From the NCBI GenBank assembly GCA_964106915.2, contig OZ066914.1: a stretch of 64,000 nucleotides of DNA. One strand, written 5' to 3'. The position numbers and the translations under genes are program-made. Positions 50,175-62,350 of this stretch are shown here, in pieces (within the stretch, counting starts at the first letter, position 1; every line of letters begins with the position of its first letter). This DNA is from Podarcis gaigeae (taxonomy: Eukaryota). Under the pieces are notes generated by a model, which saw nothing but the letters and a program-made list of their open reading frames with translations, made no database searches and was not told the origin of the DNA.

Positions 50175-51520
50175 TACTTTCTTGGCCAGGGAGAGATTTG
50201 ATCAAGGACTTCCCACCTCACCCTGTTAATCACTCACCAGCTTTTCTTTCTGTAGAAAAGTGTGTGAGAGACACATTTTGGTGGAATCTGTAATAAAAGA
50301 AAAAAAACAAGCAGATTCCACCCCACCCTTCCCAGATACAGCTTTCTTGACCTTTTCTATGAAAGCCAAACTATCATTTTTTGTTGTTGTTGTTGTTTAA
50401 ATGAAATGTAACATTTATTAAAACACTGTTGTTAACTAGTATACTTCAAGCCAATGTAGCAGCAGCAGCAGCTCAGTCTTGTTGCAAAAGCACAGAGGGC
50501 TTTCCCTACCACCACAAACCAGAGACCTGGAGAAATCCTGCAGCAAAGTCATTGCCGCAAGAGGGCTTGTATGGCATGGTGTGGTGTAGGGTTGCTTGAG
50601 TGTTTGATGTGGGAAGTAGGGTATAAACCCTACCCCCTTGAAGGTCACTGGGTAGGCCACTGTCGGAGTGAATTGTCCCACTGCAAGGTAAAGGAGAACA
50701 AAGTTACATAAAGGAGAACCCTATAATGTCATGGAGTACGCTCCAGAGATTTTACCCACCTCCATTGCAATATAGGTACACTGAAGAGAGGCAATGAGTT
50801 CAAAGGAACTGGGTGCACTCAGCAACATGCACCAGCCCTAGGTCACCAGATTCTTCCAATATTAGTGCATGAAATCCTGTAAGTTTAGCTATCTTTCTCC
50901 TCTGACTTGCTAGGCGAGTTTGGTCTCGTTTCTGTGCTCCTGAGGTGCAGCTAGGGCTTTCTCACAACAGATCAATAGAGAAGGGCAGTGCCAAGTTGTT
51001 CTGCATATGCCCATAAGCTAGTTGTCCTTGGAAGCTTCATAACTGAACTCCCCAACTGTTTTTTGTAAGCAGCCTGAGCTTTAAATTCTCTTTATTATTG
51101 CAAGCACTCTATTTAAAAATAGGGTGCTTTGCCAAAACCTAAGTATCACTGTAGCTATTCACAAACCTATTCTGTGTCCATTTTACACATTCTTATATTG
51201 TCTCTCTTTCTCTTCTTACGATTGTTTCCTTGTGTCGTAGATGTAGAGAGCTTGCTTGGTCCTTGCTCATGGTCTTATGATATTACCACTAATCTGCTTC
51301 CTCATTTCCCCCTTTGCCTCTCTACTAGGTCCAGCATCTTCAGCCAGCCTCCCCTTATAAACTCATGCATGCTGTTACGCATTTCACTGCAGAAGCAGCT
51401 GCTTACTACTGAACAACTTGGATACTCCCTGCTTAGTTTTCCACATATTTCACTGACTACATTTTCTCTTTGGTTGCAGGATCAGAAAAGGAATTTCCTC
51501 AGGATCAAGAGGGAAGTGCC

Positions 51521-51704
51521 ATGGAGCTTCGGGGCTCAAGCACGGCCAAACGTCTGGCCACGCTACTCTCAGGTCTAGTGGAATGCATGTGCTTTGCGGG
51601 TGTCATTTTTGGATGGGCATCCCTGGTGTACGTCCTCAAGGATATGCACTACTTTGAGGATCTGTGTATGTCTGCAGCTGCCAATCAAACAAGCAATGTC
51701 ACAG
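51521..51704 (+). CDS. SLC43A3: SLC43A3 first coding exon (exon begins 51480)
   Basis: gccATGg Kozak; MELRGSSTAKRLATLLSGLVECMCFAGVIFGWASLVYVLKDMHYFEDLC... resembles the SLC43A3 N-terminus/TM1. Acceptor ttggttgcag| and donor ACAG|gtaaga; 184 nt. Confidence 0.93.
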
Positions 51705-53139
51705 GTAAGATCAGATGGTGGGGGTCTGCTTCTAAAGGGAAGTTCTGAGTTTATACACATACTGGGCTAGTTGGGAGTCACAAACAGCTGTATGGGCAGG
51801 ACTGCACAACTTGTAATCCCACCAAGCCAAATGCAGACTATTGTTCATGTATTGTGAACTGCCAGATGCTTGATAAGATAGATAGATAGATTCTTTATTG
51901 TCATTACACAAGTGCAACATTGCACAAGTGCAACGAAATTGGATAATAACCCTGCTTTTGCAGGCAGCAGAAACCAAGGAGTTTTACCAAGCCTGCGGCA
52001 GATAACCATGCATAGCTGGTGGGCTACATTCAGCTTGGTGGGTCACATGTTGAGCAGGTTTGACATAGGGAGTTAGTTTGGAACTGTACAGAGAGTGGGT
52101 GTGAGAGTGTATGAATTATGGCAGAAGTGAGGTGCTCCAGAAGTTGCTGGACTCCTCACTCCCATCAGTCCCAGACAACATGGCCAATGGAGAGGGATGA
52201 TGGGAGCTGGAGTCCACAAAAGGTCACAGGTTCCCTGCCCCTGAACTCATGAATGTGTTGAGACATTCATGCTGGTTCAGAAGTACCATTGGAGACTGGC
52301 TGGTGTGGTCCATACATCATCCTGAGTGATGCCCCTGTGAGTACAACACTCATTTTGTAGGTTGAGCACCTCATTGCAGGGATACAAACTTTCCTACTGT
52401 GCTCCTCTCATGCAGGCTTTGTGGCTTGGAATGGCAGGTTTGGTTCATCTGAAAAAAGGAATGCAGTCTAACATACTGAGTGGCAGCTGGAGCCCATTCT
52501 GCCTTAACAGATGTGCTCCTTAGCAAGCACTCCACACCGCAGGCTGGTACACTTGCTTGTAAATAATTCTTGTGTTACATTTTGTGAATGGGTAGACTGC
52601 AAAAAGTTCAAGGAACAGAACAGGGAACATTTTGGGATGTGGAGAGAAAGTTGCTGTTTCCATGTCCTGAACTGAAGGCTGGAAGGGGAGCACTACTGTA
52701 GGTTCAGTCTAATGCAACACCAAATACTCCCCAGGACATGCCAGGCTTTCAGTGCCAGGGCTCAACCATAGTAATAAAGTGAGTATTTTTAAGTACCTGC
52801 AGGGTGCCCTTTCAAAACATTTAAGTAACTGCAACCATTGCCAGCACTTAAGGAATCTGAGGTTAAGGGCTGTCAAATGAGAAGCTGTGAAACTTTCATC
52901 AGGAGGGTTTGATCTTGGCACCTCCCCTTTTGGAAACTGGGTACTAGCTATGAACAATATGGTGCTAGGGGTTTGCTTTGCATGTGGGACAGAGTGTGTT
53001 AGGCTGGGAGACATACAGTAGATAAAAATCTTAATTATGTTGAGTCTGAGTTCTGCACACAGTAAATATGGGCTTGGGGGTTGATACATAGGACTGAATT
53101 GCATTAGGGACCATATCTGAATTCTCTGTCCCTTTGCAG

Positions 53140-53269
53140 ACTGCAGTGCTCAGGATGAGCAGTTTTCCCTCATCTTCACCATTGGCTCCTTCATGAACAA
53201 CTTCATGACCTTCCCAACAGGCTACATCTTTGACCGCTTTGGTACCACAGCAGCACGTCTGCTTGCCAT
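53140..53269 (+). CDS. SLC43A3: SLC43A3 coding exon 2
   Basis: tttgcag|AC...GCCAT|gtaagt; 130 nt; (D)[42 protein letters not shown](I), containing the MFS motif-A region. Confidence 0.95.
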
Positions 53270-55871
53270 GTAAGTGTTGGGGCAAAACCTGTTCTTGTTT
53301 TCCCTGCTTGGAGCTCTCTGCCTTTTCTGTGGAACTGAAGCAGGATTGCTAGCTCCTGCCATTAAAGAGCTCCCCTGCCTTTAATAGTCATGTAGTGGGA
53401 GAAACTGGGCAGCAGCGAACTCTTCCACCACCACAGCCCTAAGAAGATGTGAGAAGAGGAACCTGCTGAATTCCACCCTGCAATGCAACACTTAAAATCC
53501 TTTATAGATTAAGAGTGAGTAATCCTAGACTGAAGTAAGTTCACTCTCTGAAACTTGATTCAGGGACTGAAGTGTTCTGGAGGGTGGATCCTAGGGTGAC
53601 TACTCACATTGCTGGGGGGGGGGGCATGCATCACCAAAAGAGGAGCAAAGCAGACACAAATCTGCACAAAATTTCCCCAACATTTATTTATCATTTAAAA
53701 TGTGGTGCCTACCTGTAGTCTGAAGTGGTTCAGGCCACTCTTACTGTCTGTTCTTCCAGTCCCTTTTTTAGGTGGGATGGGTGGAGTCCCAAACACTTGG
53801 CATATGCTGGGCAGAAAAGGAACTGTGATGGTCAGAAATTCACTTCTATGCACATTTCTATCCCTCCCTCCTTCCTGATTCTTTCCTTATCTTCCACCCA
53901 TGCTCTTGTGCATGCTGTCAGACAGCTAGAATGATAAAATGCCTGTTATCTTTAACAGCCCAGACTGCCTCCATATGAGTACTGCGAAGTTTCTCTTGAC
54001 TTAGTACTAATCTTCACATAACTCTAATAAACAGCTTGCTGCTCCTGTCAAGCAGGAGGTTATACCCAAGGGAGGAAGGTCAGAAACTTTTGCTAGTTTT
54101 TGGATGAGGCCTCTGCAGACTACTGCATACAAAACATCAGCTTCCCTCTTACGTAATAAATGAACAGGATATGTAACCGAGTACACATGCATGCACATTT
54201 TTAGTTTGCATTGACGTGTTCAGTTTCTGAAAGACAGTTCCTTCGTCTCCTCAAATTAAAAAAAGTTTGTCTGAAGCAGTGAAGGGGAGAGCAGGCTGAC
54301 TGGGGATAGATAGGGACTCACAGGATGAGCAGGAGTATTAGAAAAGTACTGTAACTAGCAGCTGTCCATGGCTTGGAGGGCCTATTCATACGACTCCTTG
54401 AGACTGTGGTAGCTGCAGTTTTTCCTCTGGCAGCTCTGACTTCTATTTGGGCTGTGTACAGAACTAGCTGAATAGCAAGTGTGCAGGCATGTGCTGGACA
54501 CAGATTGGCTAGGCTGTGGGCAACAGGTATAACGAGCTCCTGGACTTTTTTTTAAGGTGGAAATTGGATACTTTTACATTTTTTTACCTAGCTGCATTTG
54601 AATTTGTAGCAGTTTTCACACTGAAACCATTGAGCCTTCTAATGCTCAGGGCTTCAAAACCAATCTTATTTCTCCACCTTGGGGTGGGGAATAGAAGTGA
54701 TGTGCTTCTGGAGTCAATATTACCTGAAATAAAATCTGAAATGCCCGTATTCTTCACTTGTGTGGGGAACCTGGTGCATCCATGAAATGCACACAGTTCA
54801 CCCTTCACAAACATGGGCCTGAACTGATGTTTCAGGGAAGGTGACAGGTTGTTCTAAATTCCCTATCTGTTGATAGTGACAGAAGAACAGAGAGACAAAG
54901 ACACTTCCCCCTCTCTTTCACCATAAAATAACTGGGTGTGGTGTAGTTGTCAATGGAAATGACTGGCAGGTGATTTAGGGCAGACAAAATAAAATGATTA
55001 TTCACACGGCAAATAATTCATATATGAAACTCACTGCAAAACATGCTGATTATATACAGCACTTCTGCCCAAGTACATTTTAGCTGTGAATCGAACCAAT
55101 CAAACCCCTGGTGATCATGCCAAATTGTGGGGAGGACAGTTTCTGGGATGGGAGGTTAGTGAGCCTACAGCAGTGAGGTGTCAATATTCAATCTAGCCCT
55201 GTTGTCTGATACAGATTTTATTTATGATCAGCTGCAAACAGGGAGCCCTTTGCAGTGCCTGTTCTTTGAGCTGGATACCCAAGTGAAGCAATGTTTATGC
55301 CAGCCTATGAGGCAGGAAGTCCAAGGGTTCCTATGACCACACGCAGGAAGCTAGTATTTGCTGTGACTGCAGTTTGTGAGGTTCCTTAACTGGCTGGGCG
55401 TATTAATGGAGTGGGCAAAGTCATGCGGCTCATGTGAGTGAACTGATCAGCCATGTGGGCAGGAGAGTAGTGCTGAGGTGGCTCTTTTGGGTCCTTGCCC
55501 TCTTTCCTCTCAGGGCATATGGCCAACTAAGCAGAGCTGTGGAAATGTTTTCCTAACCTGGTGTTATCTGCTTGGTGTTATCTAGTACAAAAAAAAAAAA
55601 AATGTTAATGGGTGCAGCATTCCAAAAACACCAGAAGACTCCCCAAGGAATCAGCAGGGGAGGATATGGTTAAAATTGTTTCTCCACAGCTGCTTAAGTT
55701 CCAATAATTATCACCCACCCAGTGCCATTTGCCTTTTTAAAAAGAAGAACCTGTATATTAGAGACAGAAGACAAACATAAACTTTCATGTGGTTTGTCTA
55801 TCAGTATCTGAACTAAAACTAAACTAGAGTTAATGCTCATTCACATTCTCATGTGGGTGGGTATAAGTAAT

Positions 55872-55872
<1 letters not shown>

Positions 55873-55902
<30 letters not shown>
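55873..55902. repeat. (ATC)n microsatellite
   Basis: Direct inspection. Confidence 0.9.
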
Positions 55903-55955
55903 TCTTTCTCTCATAACCCTAAACAAAAATGGAGGACAATTTTTAATGATCCAAC

Positions 55956-56123
55956 CAGCGGCGGATCTTGGGGTCTCAAATTTCAGTGGCACCCTGTGTG
56001 ACACCAAAATTCGGTGCCTCTTGCACTCCATTGTAAATCCTAGTTGCGGTGTCCTCGGCAGCGCCCCTAAAACTCCACACCCAGTACAACAGAACTAGTC
56101 ACACTCCCCTAAATCTGCCCCTG
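55956..56123. mobile_element. hAT-type MITE (older)
   Basis: CAGCGGCGGAT...ATCTGCCCCTG ends; tccaac repeated on both flanks. Confidence 0.6.
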
Positions 56124-56464
56124 GTCCAACTCCCTCCAGGCTGTGCCTTTGCCTGAGTCTCTCCTCTTTTCTAATTTCAGTTTTTATTCTGTTCCTCAGC
56201 ATGGTTTCCTTCATCTTTCCCCCACTGGTCTATTTCTATTTTCAAATGATCTCTCAATTCCAATCACCATCTTACTCATTCATCTTTCTTCCTCCGATGC
56301 CCATGGCTCCCACAGCTGCCTGCCTGTCTACCAAAAGGATGGGAAGCTGATGGATGCTCACTGTGTCTGATGGGGGATGAAGGGAGGAAGTAGTTCACCT
56401 TGCTGCCCACGTGTCCACAGCCCAGTGCCCATTTGGTAGCTCAGGGCATCTCTTTGTCTTCCAG

Positions 56465-56511
56465 ATCTGCCTACACCACTGGTACTCTCCTCGTTGCATT
56501 TTCCTCAGCAG
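56465..56511 (+). CDS. SLC43A3: SLC43A3 coding exon 3
   Basis: ttccag|A...GCAG|gtgagt; 47 nt; SAYTTGTLLVAFSSA; phases fit both neighbours. Confidence 0.9.
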
Positions 56512-57852
56512 GTGAGTGTTCCTGGATGAAGAGCTGGGCTTATTTAGGTAGATTTGTAGGGGTACAAATTATGGACACAATAGTTCCAGTGTTAGGCTTG
56601 AAACTGTTGGGAACTGTTGCTGTTGTCCTTCAGAACAATCAAAGACTTGATGCAGAGTTGTATATGTGAAAACACCCATCCAGTGCATCTGGTGGGGTAG
56701 AAATGATTTTAACATATACCTAATTAAATACATTTTGTATGGCTTTGTGTGGAGGAGCAAAAGATGACTGGGTGGGTCTTCATATGGGGAAGGGGTGTGT
56801 GTGTCTGTCTGTCGTGCGGACATGAGTTTTAGATGTGTGCCTTAGCAACACCTATAATCAAGGGACGGCTGTAAATGTGGAAGAGAAAGGGTGTTTGTGT
56901 GTGTTAAGTACACATGTATGATGTGATGTACAAGAGTTTCAATGTCTATATCAATGGCTGCAGGGAGAGAGAAACCATGCTACTATAGCTCTCCATCTTG
57001 AGAGACGTTCAGTCTTTGTGTGTTGCTAGATAGCTGTCAGTCCAATATTATTATTATTATTATTGCTTGTGTAGGTCTCCCAAAATTATGCTGGATCCTC
57101 CAAATATTTCTAAAGATTGGAAAGGGGAATCATATGAGGTGGGATCTTAACTACAATCTATATTTGTAGTAAGTTCCTGTTTTTGCCTCTTTCCACACAC
57201 TCCTGGCATGTTGTGCTAGCCTTTTTCAAATGCTAAACACCAAAAAGCAAGGGAACTGGATTCATCCCCTGAGCCCCCTGAGCTGGCATAGAAATTTAGA
57301 ATGGCACAGTGTGCTGCCCTGTATTAATGTTGACTGGAGAATTGTAGGAAGAGATGGCTTGAGGAGTTTGAGTTCCTTTTATTGCACTGGAACGTCTCAT
57401 TTTTCAGTACTGAGCTGCTTCTGTGTGCACACACCCGCAAGATTGTAAGAAGAAAAAGAAATTTAGGATCAAAAGTAGAGAAGAATGCAGTGCTAGGACT
57501 TCTGTTTCATTTGTCAGGATGACTAATATTCTCTCCTTACTCTGGCAAATTAACAAGGTGATAACAAGGCTTTCAGACATTTTGGGGCCAGATAAACAAA
57601 GAAGGAAAAAGAGGGAACCAGTAAAGCAGAGGCTGGGTACTTCTTTCCTTTCCTTGGATGGGGTTCCTACTTCATGCTAGATAATACTTAATTGCAAGTT
57701 TATTTGTATTTCTAATTTAAAAGCTAAAGGCTGATTGGGGATGTGAACCTAGGTCTCCACAGCCAAAGTTCAACATGCTAATCATTACAACTTTGCTGAC
57801 TCACGTTTCTATTATTGCCAACTGGTCCTAATAATTTGGGCATTGTGCTATG

Positions 57853-57856
<4 letters not shown>

Positions 57857-57884
<28 letters not shown>
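57857..57884. repeat. (GT)n microsatellite
   Basis: Direct inspection. Confidence 0.95.
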
Positions 57885-57891
<7 letters not shown>

Positions 57892-57913
57892 CTAGGGGGA
57901 TGTTGCTATAGGG

Positions 57914-58124
57914 CAGGGGTGGCCAACTCCCAAGGGACCGCAATCTACTCAGAGTTAAAAACTGGCAGTGATCTACCCCCTTTTTTGGGGTTCAGGTTGA
58001 AGTTGCTGAGCTTTTTTTAGGGAGGAGGAAGGTCCATTTTCAGAGGTTGTTGATATTCTTTGGGGGGATCCAGTGATCTACCACAGACATCCAGTGATCA
58101 CCATCTACCTGTTGGACATGCCTC
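57914..58124. mobile_element. hAT-type MITE
   Basis: CAGGGGTGGCCAAC...GTTGGACATGCCTC ends; exact 8-bp TSD ctataggg. Confidence 0.78.
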
Positions 58125-58273
58125 CTATAGGGATTGTTATGAGTTCCTGCAGTTCAAAGTTTGCAGTGGCACCACTGCTTAGGGTGATGTGATGCCCAGC
58201 TGTGTCTTGTTTTATGAGCACGGTAGGCCTATGTTGCTGATATGCCCTTCCATCAATTTTTCTTCCTATACAG

Positions 58274-58350
58274 CCACTGCGCTGATGCTGTTCCCAGCAG
58301 TGACGTTTCTCTCTGTCGGTGGGATCCTCTTTATCCTCACCAACATGCAG
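58274..58350 (+). CDS. SLC43A3: SLC43A3 coding exon 4
   Basis: atacag|CC...CAG|gtttga; 77 nt; (A)TALMLFPAVTFLSVGGILFILTNMQ. Confidence 0.92.
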
Positions 58351-58554
58351 GTTTGATGCTCTTCCCTCACACATCCTAATGGGGAGGGAGCTGGGAGAGG
58401 AAATTCTTTACAGGAGAACCTTTGGGGCACCCTGTCCCTGCCTCCATACTCTAACATATTAAAGTTCACCGGCAACTAGGCCCTTCGGCTGTGATCTGCT
58501 GACCCCCTCCAGGAAAGTAGTCAATTTGCTTTGAGATCTTATTTGTCTCTCCAG

Positions 58555-58647
58555 GTTGGGAATCTGTTTGGAAAACACCGCTCAACCATCATTACCCTCT
58601 ACAATGGGGCCTTTGACTCTTCCTCTGCGGTTTTTCTTGTCATCAAG
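58555..58647 (+). CDS. SLC43A3: SLC43A3 coding exon 5
   Basis: ctccag|GTT...AAG|gttagt; 93 nt; [31 protein letters not shown]. Confidence 0.95.
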
Positions 58648-59835
58648 GTTAGTGACTGTTTCCTAAAGAATTAAAAATTGCCACACTTAGGAAAAACAAG
58701 CACCAGAATCCTGTGTTGTGGGCTTTCCTCCTAAGAAATGATGTGTGTTATGACAGCGCTTCTTCTTCCTCTAAGATGTTGAGTCAGCAGCCTAGTCATA
58801 GAACCCTCAGAAATTTCACAGGAAAGGGAAGTTTGGACTCAAGCATCGCCACCTTTTTGTTCCACCTAACTTAATAGCATTGATTGAGCCACTGGCTAGC
58901 TCTTGAATGGCCTGAACTGGCAACTGGTTTGGACACTGAAAGAAAGAAACAAACAGTCCAGGATGGGAGATGATGGGGGGAAGGGAGGAGGAAAGATAGT
59001 GATTTAAGTGGGTGGAGGGAGAAGAATGAGGAAAAACAGGAAGACAGGAAAACAGGTGGATGGAGAAAGATTTTGAGATTCCAAAAGGTCCCAACTCCAG
59101 TAGATACATTTTCAACCTCTCTGGTCAGAAAAATTCTACAACTCTCTGACATCATGTGATATGTCTTTCTTATTGAACATCTGGGTGTCTGCGTGGATAG
59201 AATTGGCAAGTGCTAGGTATCTTATTCCTCTAATCTTTGGGGGCTTCTAAATTGGATTAACTCTCAACATTTAATAGCAAGAACATATGCAACACATTTG
59301 TCTCATCCCCACCTGATTAATTTTCCACTTACGTAATGATAAAAAACACTTCTTTTAGAAGCTGTTGTATTATGCTTGTACCATAGATAAGCTAACCCAT
59401 GCCTTTTCAAGAGCATTAGAGTAGCAAACTGCTAGTCACTTTGCTGCAGGACAGTGGAGAATTAAGTAGGCTGCTTGTAGTGACCCTGAGACAATTCGAG
59501 ACTATTAATCCGATAAGTAGCTAAATTGTATGTGAAGGGTCATCCTTGCGCTTTCAGCTAATTCCAAGTTAGGTCATAGCTGAAGGTCAAGGCCAAATAA
59601 TAAGATATGGCACAGTCACCTGTCTTGTTATTCCAACACTCTTTGTCTTCCCTGTGAAAACCAGCACGGGGCAGCTGTGAGCTAGACTCAGTACACACCA
59701 TACATTGAAAGCACAATCAAAGCAGATTTTCCCCCTCCTAAAGAACACTGGGGGCTGTAGTTTAACCCTCAAAGAGCTATAATTTGCAGCATCTTTAACA
59801 AACTACAGTTCTCGGGATTCTTGGGGAATCCACTT

Positions 59836-60165
59836 GGAGTGTTCTTGAACTGCAAGAAGATCAAACCTATCCATTCTGAAGGAAATCAGCCCTGAGTGCT
59901 CACTGGAAAGACAGATCCTGAAGCTGAGGCTCCAATATTTTGGCCACCTCATGAGAAGAGAAGACTCCCTGGAAAAGACCCTGATGTTGGGAAAGGTTGA
60001 ATGCACAAGGAGAAGGGGACAACAGAGGAGGAGATGGTTGGATAGTGTTCTCAAAGCTACCAACATGAGTTTGACCAAACTGCAGGAGGCAGTGGAAGCC
60101 AGGAGGGCCTGGCGTGCTCTGGTCCATGGGGTCGGACACGACTAAACAACTAAACAACAACAACA
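59836..60165 (+). mobile_element. BovB (RTE LINE) 5'-truncated 3' end
   Basis: Encodes ...MRREDSLEKTLMLGKVECTRRRGQQRRRWLDSV..., the typical BovB ORF C-terminus, and ends ggacacgactaaacaactaaa(caa)n. Confidence 0.92.
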
Positions 60166-61195
60166 ATGCCGCCTTGATCATAATGGGAGAGAGGCTGTTC
60201 AACCTTTTTTTTTCCTTACTGGCATTTGTCTACTCCAAATATCCTCCAGCCGCTATTTCTCCTGCAGAGGAACACTCTTTCCTTCATAGTTGAGAGAATG
60301 CTGGATGGGGCAGCAATTTTGAGTGGGCAAGCAGGAAGAAGGAAAAAGGTTAAACACCCTCTTCCATCCATCCTCTTAAACTCATAATGCTCTGGACTAT
60401 TTTTCAGTAAAGATAACAAATACACCATTGGGGGGGGGGGGAATGCATGTGCTTGATGCATCTTGTTTGGCTCTGAGTCCTGTGTCTTCAGCTAGTCAGG
60501 GACTCAGCAACTCAATTTCAACGTGTGATCACAACATTTCACCCAGGGATAGCCAGTGTGCTTTTCAGAGGTCATTAGACTGCAGCTCCCATCAGCATCA
60601 AGCACCATGGCCCAACGCTCAGGGATAGGGGGAGTTGTAGGGTAAATAAGGATATCCTAGATGTTTTTGAACCATGGTGGATATCCTCATTTACCATTTG
60701 CCTTCGATTTATTGGCCAACTTTGATTTTCTCAATCGGGTCTTTCTGTAGAATCTCATATAGCCCAAAGCTTCCTGACTGGATTCCTGGAGATACTGTAT
60801 GTGCAATACTTAACATCAACATCATAGGCCCCCTACACCTGGTGGAAGACAATTTCTGTGCTGTTAGTATTAACAGTTGCCTCTTTTCACCAGTTTCCTT
60901 AATATTGTTCAGATATGCATTGAGCTAAGGGATCACCATTCTCTATAGAGAGAGCACATGAGCCACCACACAGAAAGCAGCAGGCAGCACTCCTGATGAC
61001 AAAACCAAAATCCAGCCACACGAGGACAGAGAATATGGGGATGTAGTGAAAGCAGAAGAAGGGTGCAATATCCTAAGCGTGATTTCAGCTAAGAGGAAGC
61101 AGGGCTATAGTTAGTGTGGAAGATGTCAGCTCACAAGGGTTCTATTTCCAGCTGTGGTTCAGCATTGTATATGCATGTGACCATGTTGCTTCTCA

Positions 61196-61545
61196 GGACG
61201 CAGGTGGCGCTGTGGTCTAAACCACAGAGCCTAGGGCGTGCCGATCAGAAGGTCGGCGGTTCGAATCCCTGCGATGGGGTGAGCTCCCGTTGCTCGGTCC
61301 CTGCTCCTGCCCACCTAGCAGTTAGAAAGCACGTCAAAGTACAAGTAGATAAATAGGTACCACTCCAGTGGGAAGGTAAACGGCATTTCCATGCACTGCT
61401 CTGGTTCACCAGAAGCGGCTTAGTCATGCTGGCCACATGACCTGGAAGCTGTATGCCGGCTCCCTTGGCCAATAAAACGAGATGAGCGCTGCAACCCCAG
61501 AGTCGTCCATGACTGGACCTAATGGACAGGGGTCCCTTTACCTTT
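61196..61545 (+). mobile_element. Full-length Sauria SINE
   Basis: tRNA-like head with A box (tggcgctgtgg) and B box (ggttcgaatcc), Sauria core (gcttagtcatgctggccacatgacc) and ACCTTT tail. Imperfect 13-bp TSD atgttgcttctca (61183-61195) / atgttactactca (61546-61558). Confidence 0.92.
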
Positions 61546-62210
61546 ATGTTACTACTCAAATCCATGTTTCTGAGAGCATGGTCATGGCAAAACTGTGCTC
61601 TAGGAAGGGAATGTGAGGCATGATTTGCTGACGGTGGTTTATGGTACTTAGGCACGAAGTCTGGAAGCACTGTGCTATCTATTGTTATGAGGAAGTAAGG
61701 TTTTTCAAGAAGTACATTTTATTGTGTTTTCCCCCTATTAAACACTACACACTAAATGCAGACACATTTTGATATTGCATATAATTTGGCTCTATTGTGA
61801 TGACATGCAGAAGCTGCTTAGAAACAGTAGCTGGGCCTGGGGAATTCTATTAAAAAGATCAAATCAAATTGAGTGACCAGATAAATCTGTTATGCAAATG
61901 AAAAAATGAGCCTGAGAGCTAGTGACTGGTCCAAGGCATTTTGGTGTCTCAGGTGGAGATTCATCATAATTAAAAATAGAGCACAGTCCACCAGTATGTT
62001 TTCCTGTTCAAATGAATGGGAATTGCAGAAGAGATGCAGTAGTTCTGCTTATATCGAATTGTACCCTGTGGGTTGGATCTGTCTTCCACTCTTAAAAGAC
62101 AGGCAGATAATCTGCTACATGAGCCCAAAGCCAAGCAAGCAATCTGTGCACCATACAGATTATAGTCAATGCAGAGCTTGGCTAACTCAAGTTTGTGTAT
62201 TTGTCTACAG

Positions 62211-62350
62211 CTGCTGTATGAACAAGGCCTCTCGCTGAGAACCATGTTCCTCTTCATGTCTGCTTGCAGTGCCTGGCACTTGATCCGTACTTTTTTTCTG
62301 ATGCCCCGCAGCCATATTCCATATCCACTGCCCCCAGGATATACATATGG
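62211..62350 (+). CDS. SLC43A3: SLC43A3 coding exon 6 (gene continues beyond the window)
   Basis: ctacag|CTG...GG|gtaagc; 140 nt; [46 protein letters not shown](G). Confidence 0.95.
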
